Part shown: positions 40,337 to 53,608 of the stretch, piece by piece
How the letters are laid out: every line of letters begins with the position of its first letter
How positions within the stretch are numbered: the stretch's first letter is position 1
NCBI GenBank assembly: GCA_951406725.2
Contig: OX597815.1
Location: 77,128,001 to 77,192,000, forward strand
From: Octopus vulgaris
Lineage: Eukaryota
Length of the DNA stretch: 64,000 bases
Reading direction: 5' to 3'
Program-made: the position numbers and the translations under genes
The notes under the pieces: generated by a model
The model's input: only the letters and a program-made list of their open reading frames with translations
Database searches by the model: none
Told to the model about the DNA's origin: nothing

Positions 40337-40374
40337 TCTTTCTGTTGAAGAGCGTAGGCTCGAAACGTTAAAGA
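40337..40374 (+). ncRNA. Hammerhead-like motif in the 3' pLTR (variant 8-nt core)
   Basis: tcttt-CTGTTGAA-gagc gtag gctc-GAAA-cg-TT-aaaga. Stems I and II pair perfectly and stem III is the palindrome ACGT. Confidence 0.6.
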
Positions 40375-40477
40375 CTTGTTTTATTTATATTTCCTGAGCG
40401 CCATACTAATACAATTGTTCGTTTGTTTTCCACCTGCCTTCGTCTTTTGTCTATTTTCATAAAGCTTCCCGTTATAT

Positions 40478-40508
<31 letters not shown>

Positions 40509-41182
40509 CATATACATATATGTGTGTGTGTGTTTGTATTCTTGATTGTCCCTCACCGATACTGGTTTGTTTACGTCCCCGTAACTTTGCGGTTTGGCAA
40601 AGATACCGATAGAATGAGTATTAGGCTTTAAAAAGTTAGTACTGTACGATTCGTTCGATTAAACCAGCTAAGGAAGCAAATCTATGATATTGAGCAGAAC
40701 ATTTGCTATAACAATTTTTCTACTTCTTCAAATTCCGCCGAGGTCGATTTTGCCTTTCATCGTTTCGGGGTCGATAAATTAAGTACTAGTTGCGTACTGG
40801 GGTCGATCTAATCCACTGGCCCCCTCCCCAAAAATTTCGAGCATTGTGCCTATAGTAAAAAAGGATATTTCTACTTCAGCAACTCAGCGCTGAAATATAA
40901 AATATATTTCTCTCTGAAATATAACAGAAAATAGGTCAGTTTCAAAACATCGATGTGCAGGTCACAAAGGAAAAGTTTGAAGGGAATAGAAGTCATTTCC
41001 TTTTATTTCCAGATAGAAACAATTAGGAAATAACACTTACTGACCAAAGACATACAAAAACAGTAAAGATTTTGTTACACTGTGTTATCGATCTGTTGCA
41101 CTTATTTCCAGTATCTTAAAAGTATTAGATTAGCTATGACTTTCTTCAATACCAAATACTATGAATTTCTCTCTCAGCTATC

Positions 41183-41226
<44 letters not shown>

Positions 41227-41234
41227 CTTCTCTA

Positions 41235-41278
<44 letters not shown>

Positions 41279-41342
41279 ATATATATATATATATATCTGG
41301 CTAGTGGGTGAATGGCCTATTATGGCCGTTTCTTGATTGTGA

Positions 41343-41394
<52 letters not shown>

Positions 41395-42131
41395 GGCTAT
41401 CTATCTATCTATCTCTCCCTTTCACGACCAGCTGCATGGCTTTCGTAGAACCAGATCTAAGGGGAGCGCCAAAATGGGTAAAGAGATCTCACATTTCAAT
41501 CTAAATTGAGGAGTATCCATGTCATAAGTAATGTATTTTATGTTTGCCCTGTAGCATGTTTTCCAGTCCATAATGGCGCTGTTATCACTTGCTCCAATTC
41601 CTTCCATTGTTTTATAGAAGCCAACTTCGTTGCTTTGGAGACGAAGGTTACTTAATTCTTCCATACTTTACTGAATGTGATACGAACATACAACTAATAT
41701 ATATATATATATCATACATATAAGAGGGATGACCACAACGTGGACATCCATTATGGTGGAAGTAGATCCTCTATGGTCTTACCACTAAGAAAGGAATGTT
41801 CCCAAGAAAAATTTAGCAAACGCCAGAACGTAAGCGAGCAAGACATGAAAAGAAACAAAATATAGATTAATCATAAACTAATTTCGCTATTAATACTTAC
41901 GTAATTGTTTGTAGCTCTTCAGTATGATCGTCATTTCAAATATAATTTGCAGAACTATACACGGGACGTCCGCCTGAGATTGAACATGTATATAGTTCTA
42001 CCAATTACACTTAGGGTTATCTTTCAAAAGTCTTCATTTTGGCGCGCTAAAATACCGGAAATAATTCTGCAGATAATAATTCTCTGCAGTGAATTTTAAA
42101 TTTTCACCCTTATTATCTTTAATGTAAATTT

Positions 42132-42194
<63 letters not shown>

Positions 42195-42328
42195 CAGGTA
42201 ATGTCGATTTGGTGGAGTGAGCTTGTACGAACACAAATATTTGATCATTCTAAACAAATCAACTGTGCGATTGTTCAGCAAGAAATTGAAGAACCTTCAT
42301 ATGTCGCCTAACGGCGGGAGAGTTCATA

Positions 42329-42400
<72 letters not shown>

Positions 42401-42403
<3 letters not shown>

Positions 42404-42736
42404 CCCCTCCTACGCACTATTAGCTGGTCCTTCAACCCTTTTATCAACCCTATTATCAACCCTATTATCTCCCCTTATTTCGCTCTCGAGTCTCATGTTT
42501 GATCTTTGACCTCTGGCCGAAATCAGATCGCCATGTTGATTCGTTAGCTACTGCACGCATTTTTTTCTCTCCTTCTTTCTGTGTTTTTTTCTCTCTGTGT
42601 ATCTTTCTGTTGAAGAGCGTAGGCTCGAAACGTTAAAGACTTGTTTTATTTATATTTCCTGAGCGCCATACTAATACAATTGTTCGTTTGTTTTCCACCT
42701 GCCTTCGTCTTTTGTCTATTTTCATAAAGCTTCCCG
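42401..42736 (+). mobile_element. Solo pLTR insertion (hammerhead-like motif at 42602-42639), only in copy B
   Basis: Near-identical to about 40112-40471. Absent from the paralogous microsatellite at about 720-760. Confidence 0.9.
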
Positions 42737-42740
42737 TATG

Positions 42741-42772
<32 letters not shown>

Positions 42773-43054
42773 TGTATGTATGTATGTATGTATGTATGTA
42801 TGTATGTATATGCATATATAGGTACAGGACATCACCAATTACGAAAACAAACGAGTTAAATACGAGAGAAAAAATGGAAAACAGAATATGCAACAGAGAA
42901 CGATCCTTCATCAGTTGTCGACTGTCTATTTACTCCTTATTTAGCGCATTCAACGACAATATGAGTCTTCGAAGACAGTTGCTCCCATAAATTCCAAAAT
43001 ATAATTTTGGTTTTATGGAGAGTGAAAGTTGGGAACAAATAAATATAAATTATA

Positions 43055-43090
<36 letters not shown>

Positions 43091-43519
43091 TGTATGTATG
43101 TATGTATGTATGTATGTATGTATGTATGTATGTATGTATGTATGTATGTATGATTGTAGTCTCTCGTAGTCCGAGAAGGAGGGTTCTGCAATTTCTTGCT
43201 GATCAACCTGTGCAAATGATTTGTTTATTGCGATGAAATATTTTTGCTATGCATTAGTTCACTCCCTCCGTCAAATCAACGTTGATTCAATGGGTGCAGT
43301 GTACTACACATCAGATGTCTAAATGATCGTAAGCAACGTATTTTGCTCAAGAATCCAAGACACCATTCGGTCTAACGATTGTGAGTGCAACACTCAAGCC
43401 AGTAGCACACACACACGCACACACACATACACACATACATACATACATACATACATACATACATACATACATACATACATACATACATACATACATACAT
43501 ACATACATACATACATACA

Positions 43520-46500
43520 AAGAGCCTTGAACTAGTTACAACATTATCAAAGGATGTAGGGTTGGAGTTTGGTCAGGATAAATGTTATATGGTTGTGAAA
43601 AAAGGGAAAACTATAAACCAGACTAGTGGCATCTCTGTCAATGATTTGTCTGTTTCCCCTGTATCTGACGAGAAATGTTACAGATATCTAGGGGTGGGTG
43701 AAAATATATCTTACAGTACCACCTGTAACAAAACACGTATAACTAAAGAATATTACGCCCTCAGAACTCTCTGCATTCAATGAAACAGTGGCCCACAATG
43801 TGTTTGCAGTGCCAATTCTCATACCAACACTTGGGCTGCATGATTGAACGCTTGATGAGATCCGAGCCATTCATGTGAAAACCCGAAAAGTAATAACAAG
43901 TACACATGATTTCCACATAGACAGTGATGTGGACCGCCACTACCTAATACGAAAACAAGACGGGAGAAGCTTAACATCGGTCCAAAATGCCTTTGAATGT
44001 CGCATCATATCCCTTCGGCAGTATCTTTTAAGCACAAAGTGTCGAAACGCATCCCTTGACCAGGTTTGCATACATGTGGCTGATAACATCATAAGACTTG
44101 GAAGGCAGCTCCTTGAGCAACACACTTTGTCTTATAACCTAGAATACATGCCAAAGAAGTCGCATAATTCTACTGCAATATATCATCAGATGAAAGGATG
44201 AGCCTATATGAAGAGACGACTATTCATGGATATGTAAGTAGAAAGCTCCGTGATGATAGTAACATCGAATCATCAAAGCAGTTTATCATGGACGAATAAC
44301 CGGATTATTACCTACCACTTTGAAGGGTATGCGTTTGCAATCCAGGAACAGAAAATATCAACCAAGTACCTAATGCACAAAAAGGATAAAGGAACGGGAA
44401 AAGCCGTAAAATATAACAACCTATGCAGACTTTGTGGAGTTCACACTGAAGATATCACCCACATCATAAGCAGTTGTCTGAAAATGGCATCACGCTATTA
44501 TCTACCGATGATACATGACATTGTAGCTAGGACACTCTATAATGAAATCCATCGGAAGGATAATCCCGAGGACAAAGAAATAAAGACCCACAATATGGTA
44601 GAAGCCATAGCCACTCATAATGAAAAGAAATACTGATGGAATGTACCAGTGAAGACCTCAGTAAAATGTAAGCACAACAGACCTGATATAATGATTTGGG
44701 ATAGAGAAAAGAAACTGTGCACAGATGTAGAAATTAGCTACCCAACGGATGCTAACATAAAACTGAGGATCAGTGAAAAAGAGAACACCTATGCTGAACT
44801 ATTGACAAATTTACAGTTGCTCTATCCAGATTACAAGTTTGGGTTTATACCTGTAATTATTGGGGCCCTGGGATATATAACAAACTGCCTAAATACCAAT
44901 CTTGAGAAATTAGGCTTCTCAAAACAAGAAAGGAGAAAGCTAATTCGAAGACTACAGATCCAACCCATCACTAGAACTGTAAGAATCTGTAAAACTTTCC
45001 AGAGGTTTATCATTTAAATATATATGCGCATATCTAGATATGTAACTCTATGCATGAGAATATAAATATAAAACATACAAATCTGCTCACGCATAAATAC
45101 ATACATACATACATACATACATACATACATACATACATACATACATACGCACATACATACATACATACATACATACATACATACATACATACATACATAC
45201 ATACATACAAGAAAAAATACACCGTTGTTGATGTTGAAATTCCAACGAAGGAACCTTGGATCTAGGATAGAAACCAATTCTTTCTATATTGGCAAGAAAT
45301 CTTGAAATATACTGAATAATGACACACACACATATATATGTATATATGTATATATAAATTATATATTCATTAATAATAACTAACACTTTAAAACACGCAT
45401 ACACACATACACACAACTACACAAGCTCATATATATAATTTTTGCTCAGTTGTCTCTTGTAAAAATGTGCATTAGTGTCGCTTGTCAGAAGTTGTCATGG
45501 ACCTTAAGTAACACAACCCAACAGGTATTTTGTCAAGACGTTTGTACCTGATTTGAAGGCCTTTTTTGATATGCCGAATCCAAACATGGAATCCATTTTT
45601 TACCATCGCATCTTGATTGCAAGATACCCCAACTCTGCAACCACTAGTGAGTGATATATGGTCGATTTTCTCCTGGGGCAACAAAGTGGAACCACAAAAT
45701 ATCCATGTTTTTTACGTGTGTGCAACAGCAGAGCTAAAGAAAAACATTAAGTGATCAAAGAATAGATGTAGTGAACATTATTAGTTCCCGAGTCTTTTAA
45801 TGTGGTTGAAGAGCCTTTAGTTCAACCGGGAAAAATCTTGCTACATTCACTCTATATCAAATTTCGAATTATGAAATAGTTTGTTGAAGCTCTGGATAAA
45901 AATGAACCCTGCTTACATAATATCTGCAGCAAATTTCCCGGTTTAAGCAGTAAAAAGATAAAAACAGGACTATTTGATGGGCCTCAAATCAGAAAATTTA
46001 TGAAAGATGGGTACTTTGTAAATTCAATGAATTGTATTGAAGCAGTAGCATGGAATTCATTTGTAATAGTCGTAAATTCCTTTCTGCACAATAAGAAAGC
46101 AGCCAATTATGCCGAGATAGTCGACAACATGCTGGAGTAAAAAGTTGAGAGCAAATGTGAGCATAAAGTTCCAAAGACTCCTTGATGAATTCCCTGAAAA
46201 TCTTTGTAAGACAAGTGATGTGTAGGGAGAACGTTTCCATCAGGATATATCAATGGAACAAAGGTATCAAGGCAGATGCGACTTGCATATCATGGCGGAC
46301 TATTGCTGAAACTTGGCACCTTCCTAAGGTTCAGCCCTCTAGAAAATCATGCAAGCGCAAATTCATAGGAAATTAGGTATAAACAATTATATAATTCGTC
46401 TTTAGAAATTTTAAGATTTATACCAGTTCTTCAGTAAAATTTTAAGGAAACATTCTGGCTTCAAAGAAACACAAATTTCTACGGCGTATGATGACTTATT

Positions 46501-47910
46501 GAAAAAACAATGAAATTCTATGTATCTAATATCTTCAAATTTTGATGTGGTGGTAATAAATTGGTGTCATTTTCGGACACCGTGAACCAAAAACCTTGTT
46601 CAAGTTCAAATTGTTTGAAAATAAGCAAAATATTGTATCGCTCGCATGTAATTTTTGTCCATAATTGTGGACAACACCTACTTCTCTTTCCAGGACCATA
46701 TATACAAACAGACAACAGGTCTCCCCATGGGATCTAGTCTCTGGGGCCTACTAGCCATCACTTATATGAACCATCTGGAACGTCGAGTATTCAACATCTC
46801 CCACTTTGAAAGCTATACGTTTGTAATCCATGAACAAGAAATATCAACCAAATACCTGGTGCCAAATACCTGATGGCACGCAGTTGCAGGAAAAGCAGCA
46901 AATTGAGACATTTTGTGGAGTTAACACCGAAGATATCACCCACATCATGAGCAGATGTCCGAAAATGTCATCACAGTATTATCTACCAATGAGATGTGAT
47001 GTTGTTTATACGTTCTGTAAACCTATTGTCATTCATGTTAAGGAACTCTGAAAGATATCTCACTGGCTCACAAGGAAACAGAAATCCTTGAGCAGCATCC
47101 CTTGTCTGATAACCTTAAATACATGACCAAAGGCGTCGCACGACTCTACTGCAATGTATCATCAGATGAAATGATGAACGTATATCAGCAGAAGACCTTG
47201 CATGGATATGTAAGTAGAAAACTCCGAGATGATAGTAACATTAATCATCAAAGCACTCTATCATGGACCAACAACCGGATTACTACCTCCCACTTTGAAA
47301 GATATACGTTTGCAATCCAGGAAAAGAAATATCAACCAAATACCTGATACACAAAAGGACCAGAGATGCAGAAAAAGCAGCTAAATGTGACAACCGATGC
47401 AGACTTTGTGGAGTTAACACTGAAGATATCACTCACATTATAAGCAGTTACCTGAGGACACTGTATAACGAGATCCGTTGGAAGGATAACACTGAGGTCA
47501 AAGAAATAAGAACCCTCTGTAGCCACTTATAATAAAATGGAATACCGGTGGAATGTCCCAGTAAAGACCTCAATAAAATGTAAACATAATAGACATAACA
47601 GACATAGTTAACTGGGATGGAAAAAAGAAACTATGTACAGTTGTGAAAATCAGCTACCTAGAGAATGTTTACATAAAGCTAAAGAGCTGCGAAAATGAAA
47701 ATACCTGCGCTGAACTATTGAAAAATTTGCAGTTACTCTATCCAGATAACAAGTTCAGGCTGGGATATATAACACACTGCCTAAATATCAATCTTGAGAA
47801 AAAAGGCTTCTAAAAACCAGAAAGGAGAAAGCTGATTCGAAGACTACAGATCCAAAGCATCAGTGGAACAGTAAAATTCTGCAAACATTTCCAGTTGTTT
47901 ATCATTTAAG
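43520..47910 (+). mobile_element. Copy-B paralogs of the RLE LINE, Chapaev3-like relic and PLE RT fragment
   Basis: Colinear with 1488-5430, and it retains blocks that are deleted in copy A. Confidence 0.85.
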
Positions 47911-48479
47911 TATATATGAGTATGTCTAGATATGCAACTATATGCATAAGAATACATACATACATAAAAACATACAAATCTGCACGTATACATACATAAA
48001 TACATACATACATACATACATACATACATACATACATACATACATACATACATACATACATACGTACGTACGTACATACATAATTACATACATAACCAGC
48101 TCCTTCAGGAGGTAATTAATAATTAAAAAGAGAAGAGAACATACAGACAACTGAAGACACAACAACTAAATTCAAACCATGCTTCAACATTTACATTAAT
48201 AAACAATTACTTGCGACAACTTTCTCTATAAGAATCGACCGAAAATTTACGGACCTGTTTTTATCCGAGATGGACCAATGAATGACCTATTAAACTGTGG
48301 TGCGATTAGCAATCACCAACATATGAAATCGATCGTAACGTGGAAAAAAAGGGAAAATAACTAAAATAAGGTCTCTGAAGACAAATGTCAAAAGACAAAA
48401 GCACTCACACACACACACACACACACACACACTGACACATATACTCATATACTTTTATATATATATATATATATATATA

Positions 48480-48722
48480 AAAAATACAAAATGATACAAG
48501 AACGCAAAACATTCAAATAGACGATACAAAAAGTACGGACGCGTCATTCGAAGCCTCTAATCTTCAGTCAATGACCGGATCATCCTGGCAATTTCGGCTG
48601 ATTGAAATTGCGAGGATGATCCGGTTCTTGACTGAAGATTAGAGGCTTCGAATGACCCGTCCGTGTTTTTTGTATCGTCTATTTGTATGTTTTGCGTTCT
48701 TGTCTCATTTTGTACTTTTATA
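48480..48722. repeat. About 240-bp fold-back palindrome, only in copy B
   Basis: Arms of about 118 bp (tacaaaatgatacaagaacgc…gcaatttc / gaaattgc…gcgttcttgtctcattttgta) with few mismatches and almost no loop. Confidence 0.92.
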
Positions 48723-48766
48723 TATATATTATTGCGGCGTACGTACACCTTATTCTCTCATACTTT

Positions 48767-48828
<62 letters not shown>

Positions 48829-48908
48829 AACACACACACACATAGATGCATTCATACGACATACGTATAGAATATACATACATATATAGAAATAATGTCA
48901 TATGTATG

Positions 48909-48955
<47 letters not shown>

Positions 48956-49008
48956 ATATATGTATATATACATACATACATACATATATATATATACATA
49001 TACACACG

Positions 49009-49072
<64 letters not shown>

Positions 49073-49073
<1 letters not shown>

Positions 49074-51420
49074 TAGCATTATGACCCGGCGTTGCACGCT
49101 CCGTGGACTCGAACCTTGCTTCTATTGTGGCGAATTTACCGCCTCTGGTTAGATACTTGATATCTTTCATAGTCGCACCAAGACAATTTTCGATGGTGCT
49201 TTCCTCCAGGTGTTCAAATTTTTTTTTCTCTACATTGTATACTTTATAGACAATAGTCTTTTCTTTAATTTTATTTTTTATTTCGTTTGGTGGTGTTATC
49301 CTAGATTCACCGTCTTTGTCGGTGATCAATCCGAAATATGTTTGTATTTCTTCCATTTTAATTTTAATGAGTTCGCGCCCGTCGACGGCTGTAGTGAAAT
49401 TCATTTTTGGACTTTCTTCTATCGAAGACATTTTAACAAAAATGCTTCCGTATAAACGGTGAAAATATTGTCAATTTCCCCAAACAGGGACACAATTCAA
49501 TTTTTAAACAATAACCAAAGCTCCTTCTCCCAAAGGGGGAGGGTTACGGTTTACAATTATTTAACAAATGCAACACAACAATGTTTCCCTTACGAGGAAC
49601 CAACAAACGTGATAATGATAAACAGTAATAATAATAACAACAAACCTTACGGTGAATCAAAAAGCAGTACGCAGTTGAAGCTATAGTCCTTTATGTATAA
49701 GAGATAAACCAAAAGCAGTACTCAGTAGAAGCGGCTGTTCGAGAAAACTTCATGTAGATACTTAATGCTAGCTAATTAGCAGATGATCTAATGTAAAACC
49801 CGTGGTAAACGGTATGTGTACAGCTCCGTCTGGACTATTCCATTTCTGCACACTAATTTTACTTTTAATTTATTCCCATTCATGTGAAACCACTTATTCA
49901 AGTTCAAGTCATTGATGCAATTTTATACCAATTGTTATTTTTACTTTTAATTGTTATGTTACGATTTAATTATTATATTATACTGTAGTTTGATTTTAAT
50001 TATTACTTACTACATATAATTCTGTTGTTATTATTATCTCTAATTTTTATTGTTAAAGTGAAAGTATCTGACATAAAATAGAGAAATGTTTTTGTTTCAC
50101 TTTTAACACGTAATACTGAAATAGTAGAGAAAATATGATATTGCTGTGGGCTCGCCCTGGGCAAAAAGTTAAAAAAAAGTTGCCTATGACACTCCCCGGC
50201 CCCTAAGTAAGGTATGTGAAAAAATTTGAATGAATTTGGTTGTGTACTTCTCAAGTTTTAGGGAAACACACAGATAGACAGACACACACACACACACACA
50301 TTCTCCGTTTTATATATATATATACATATATATATATACATATATATATACACATATATATATATACACATATCTTTATATATATAAAACTGAGAATGTG
50401 TGTCTGTCTGTCTGTGTGTTTCCCTAAAACTTGAGAACTACACAACCAATTTCATTCAAATTTTACACATGCCTTACTTAGGGTCCGGGGAGTGTCATCG
50501 GCAAAAATATTTTGAACTTTTTGCCTAGGGCGAGCCCACAGCAATATCATATCTTCTCCACTACGATTCCCTAAAACTTGAGAACTACACAACCAATTCC
50601 ATTCAAATTTTACACATGCCTTACTTAGGGTCCATGTAGTTTCATGGGAAAAAAATGTTCAACTTTTTGCCTACAGCGAGCCCATAGCAATATCATATCT
50701 TCTCCACTGTTTCAGTATTACGTGTTAAAAGTGAAACAAAAACGTTTCTCTATTTTATGTCAGATACTTTCACTTTAACAATAAAAATACTAAGAACAAT
50801 TGAATTATATGTAGTAAGTAATAATTAAAATCAAACTAAAGTATAATATAATCGTAACATAACAAAAGTAAAAATAGCAATTGGTATAAAATTGCATCAA
50901 TGATTTGAACTTGAATAAGTGGTTTCACATGAATGGGAATAAATTAAAAATAAAATTAGCGTGCAGAAATGGAATAGTTCAGATGGATAATAAAAAATTA
51001 AATCAAAGAAAAGACTATTGTCTATAAAGTATACAATGTAGAGAAAAAAGATTTGAACATGTGGAGGAAAGCACCTTCGAAAAGTGTCTTGGTGCGACTA
51101 TGAAAGGTATCTAATCAGAGGCGGTAAATTCGCCACAATAGAAGCAAGGTTCGAGTCCACGGAGCGTGCAAGGGAGTACTCGACTCGAACTTGCAAAGTG
51201 GAAATATTTTATTTTACCTTTATATCTGGGACGTAGGAAGTCCCGGATAAAAGTTTAAAATGCCTCATAGCCCCCACCCCCGAAGTTGAGGTAGGCTGGA
51301 TTGTAGCCACACTTCTATAAAAGAGGGAGGAAAGATACAATTGATCGAAATTACAAGAGACGGGCTAACAATTCCAGTCTGTTATATATTTTGAGTATTG
51401 TTATCACTAGCGATATCAAG
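49073..51420. mobile_element. Copy-B head-to-head Helitron-like pair
   Basis: Paralog of 5766-7925 with CTAG at 49073 and an extra internal duplication at about 50420-50570. Confidence 0.65.
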
Positions 51421-51489
51421 ATATAACTTTGTATTTTGTATTTTATGTGTAGATGTATATATATAGATGTACATGTAATATGTACACAT

Positions 51490-53503
51490 TCAGGAGTGGC
51501 GACGGGAACGCGAATGGGCCCCAACTATGCGAACCTGTTCGTTGGCTATGTTGAGGCCCAAATATTCTCTAGTTTCACTCCCGAACTATACGGTCGTTAC
51601 ATTGACGACATTATCGGTGCCACCTCACTCTCCCGTGAACATCTAGATTCCTTCCTCTCTTTCGTTCAATCCTTCCATCCTGCCCTCCACTTCACCTCCA
51701 CTATCTCCAACACCTCTGTCTCCTTCCTCGACATTTCGGTCAGCATTCTTCACTCCACTCTTACCACCTCCATTCACTACAAACACACAGACTCACACTC
51801 ATACCTAAACTTCTCTTCCTCCCACCCCAAACACACCAAGCTTTCCATCCCCTATTCCCAATTCCTCCGTCTACGTAGGCTCTGTAGTGACGACCATGAC
51901 TTTGAGACTCAGTCTCAACTCATGGCTCGCCACTTCATCCTACGTGGATACCCCCTCACCACTATCCACACCGCCCTTGTCAGAGCACGTTCCGTAGACC
52001 GTGCATCTGCTCTCTCCCTCCGAACCCGCCCTGTAGTCTCCCGCCTCCCTTTTCCCCTCACTTCCCACCCCACCACCCTACCTCTCCAACGCACCATTCT
52101 TCGAGCTTTCCGGCATCTCCAGTCCGACCCGTCCACTTCACACCTCTTCCCTAACCGACCCCTCCCCTCCTTCAAACGAGCCCATAACCTACGAGACCTC
52201 TTGGTCCACAGCTTCTTACCTGACCCTACCTCCCAACCTGGCTCGTTCCTCTGCTCCCGCCCATGTTGCCGCACTTGCCCTTACCCCTCCAACACCACCC
52301 TCCTCACTGGCACCCATCATCGACCAAATCGCATCATCGACTCCTTCACCTGCACCTCCAGCAATATCATCTATTGCATCTCCTGCTCTCTCTGCCATTC
52401 CCTGTACATCAGACAAACGGGACGCCGCTTGGCTGACCGGTTCGTGGAACACCTCCGAGACATCCGCCTTGCCAATGACACACCGGTCTCACGCCATTTC
52501 TGCTCCACCGGTAACTCCTTGCAACACCTATCTGTGTTCGGATTGTCCTTGCACAGAGGCCATCCGGATTCCCGCTTGCGCCGTGAACAGGGATTAATCT
52601 TCTCTCTTCGCTCTTTTACGCCATTTGGTCTCAACTCTCCCCTCCTTTTCATCTAAGCTCCCCCCTCCGACTCCTACTTCTCTTCAGTCCTTCATCTTTT
52701 CACCCCTACTCTCTTTCCCTCCTCTTCCCTTCTTTCCCTTCTTCCCTCTTCTTCTTTCTTCTTTCTTCTTCCCTCTTCCCCTTCTCTCTTCCTCTCTGCT
52801 GCCTCACTCCCCTTCTCTCCCCCTCTCCCCTCCTCTCCCCTCCCCCTCCTTCTCCTCCTCTCCTTCCTTCTCCTCTCCTCCTCCCCCTCCTCCCCTCTCC
52901 CCCTCATCTCCTCTCTCTCCTCCCCTCCTCCCCTCCTCTCTCTTCTCTCCCCCTCTCACTCTCCCCACAACCCCCACTCTACCACAACCCCCACTGTACC
53001 CCAACCCCCAGCCGAAACCACACCCCACATGGGCTTTCCCCACTCTCGCCCCCCCCACCTCCCCACAACACAACATCACACCACACTACACTATACCATA
53101 CGACATTACACATCACATCATACATACATGCACACGTCCAGACCATCAGCCCTCTTTCACACGCACATACATACTCTCTTATACACACACGCACCTTCAT
53201 GTTGGGGCGAAGTTCTTGACCCTGTTATCTTCCCTACTATCCCTCTAGTGTCTAACGTCTGACCTCTGATCTCTGACTTCTGCCTGAAATCAGAACGCCA
53301 TGTTGGACCGTTAGCTCCTACACGCATTTTTTTCTCTCCTTGTTTCTCTCCGTGTTTCTTTTCTGTGTATCTTTCTGTCGAAGAGCGTAGGCCCGAAACG
53401 TAAAAGACTTGTTTTATTTCTATTCCTGAGCGCCATACTAATACAATTGTTTCTTTGTACTCCACCTGCCTTCGTCTTTTATTTATTTTCGTAAACCTTC
53501 CCG
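51490..53503 (+). mobile_element. 5'-truncated Neptune-type PLE (RT end, GIY-YIG, tail, pLTR with hammerhead-like motif at 53370-53407)
   Basis: ORF to 52656 ends …PFGLNSPLLFI*. Some catalytic residues have decayed (YIR for YIG). The pLTR ends aaccttcccgt(ta)n. Confidence 0.9.
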
Positions 53504-53567
53504 TTATATATACACATATATACATGCACTAGCACTATGACCCGGCAACGACGGGTCTTTAATGCTA

Positions 53568-53608
<41 letters not shown>

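Larger units (their letters stand above)
35530..40471 (+). mobile_element. Near full-length Neptune-type Penelope-like retroelement with direct pseudo-LTRs
   Basis: Direct repeats at about 35530-35911 and 40065-40471 flank an RT plus GIY-YIG ORF. It sits in (TA)n/(CA)n. Confidence 0.93.
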
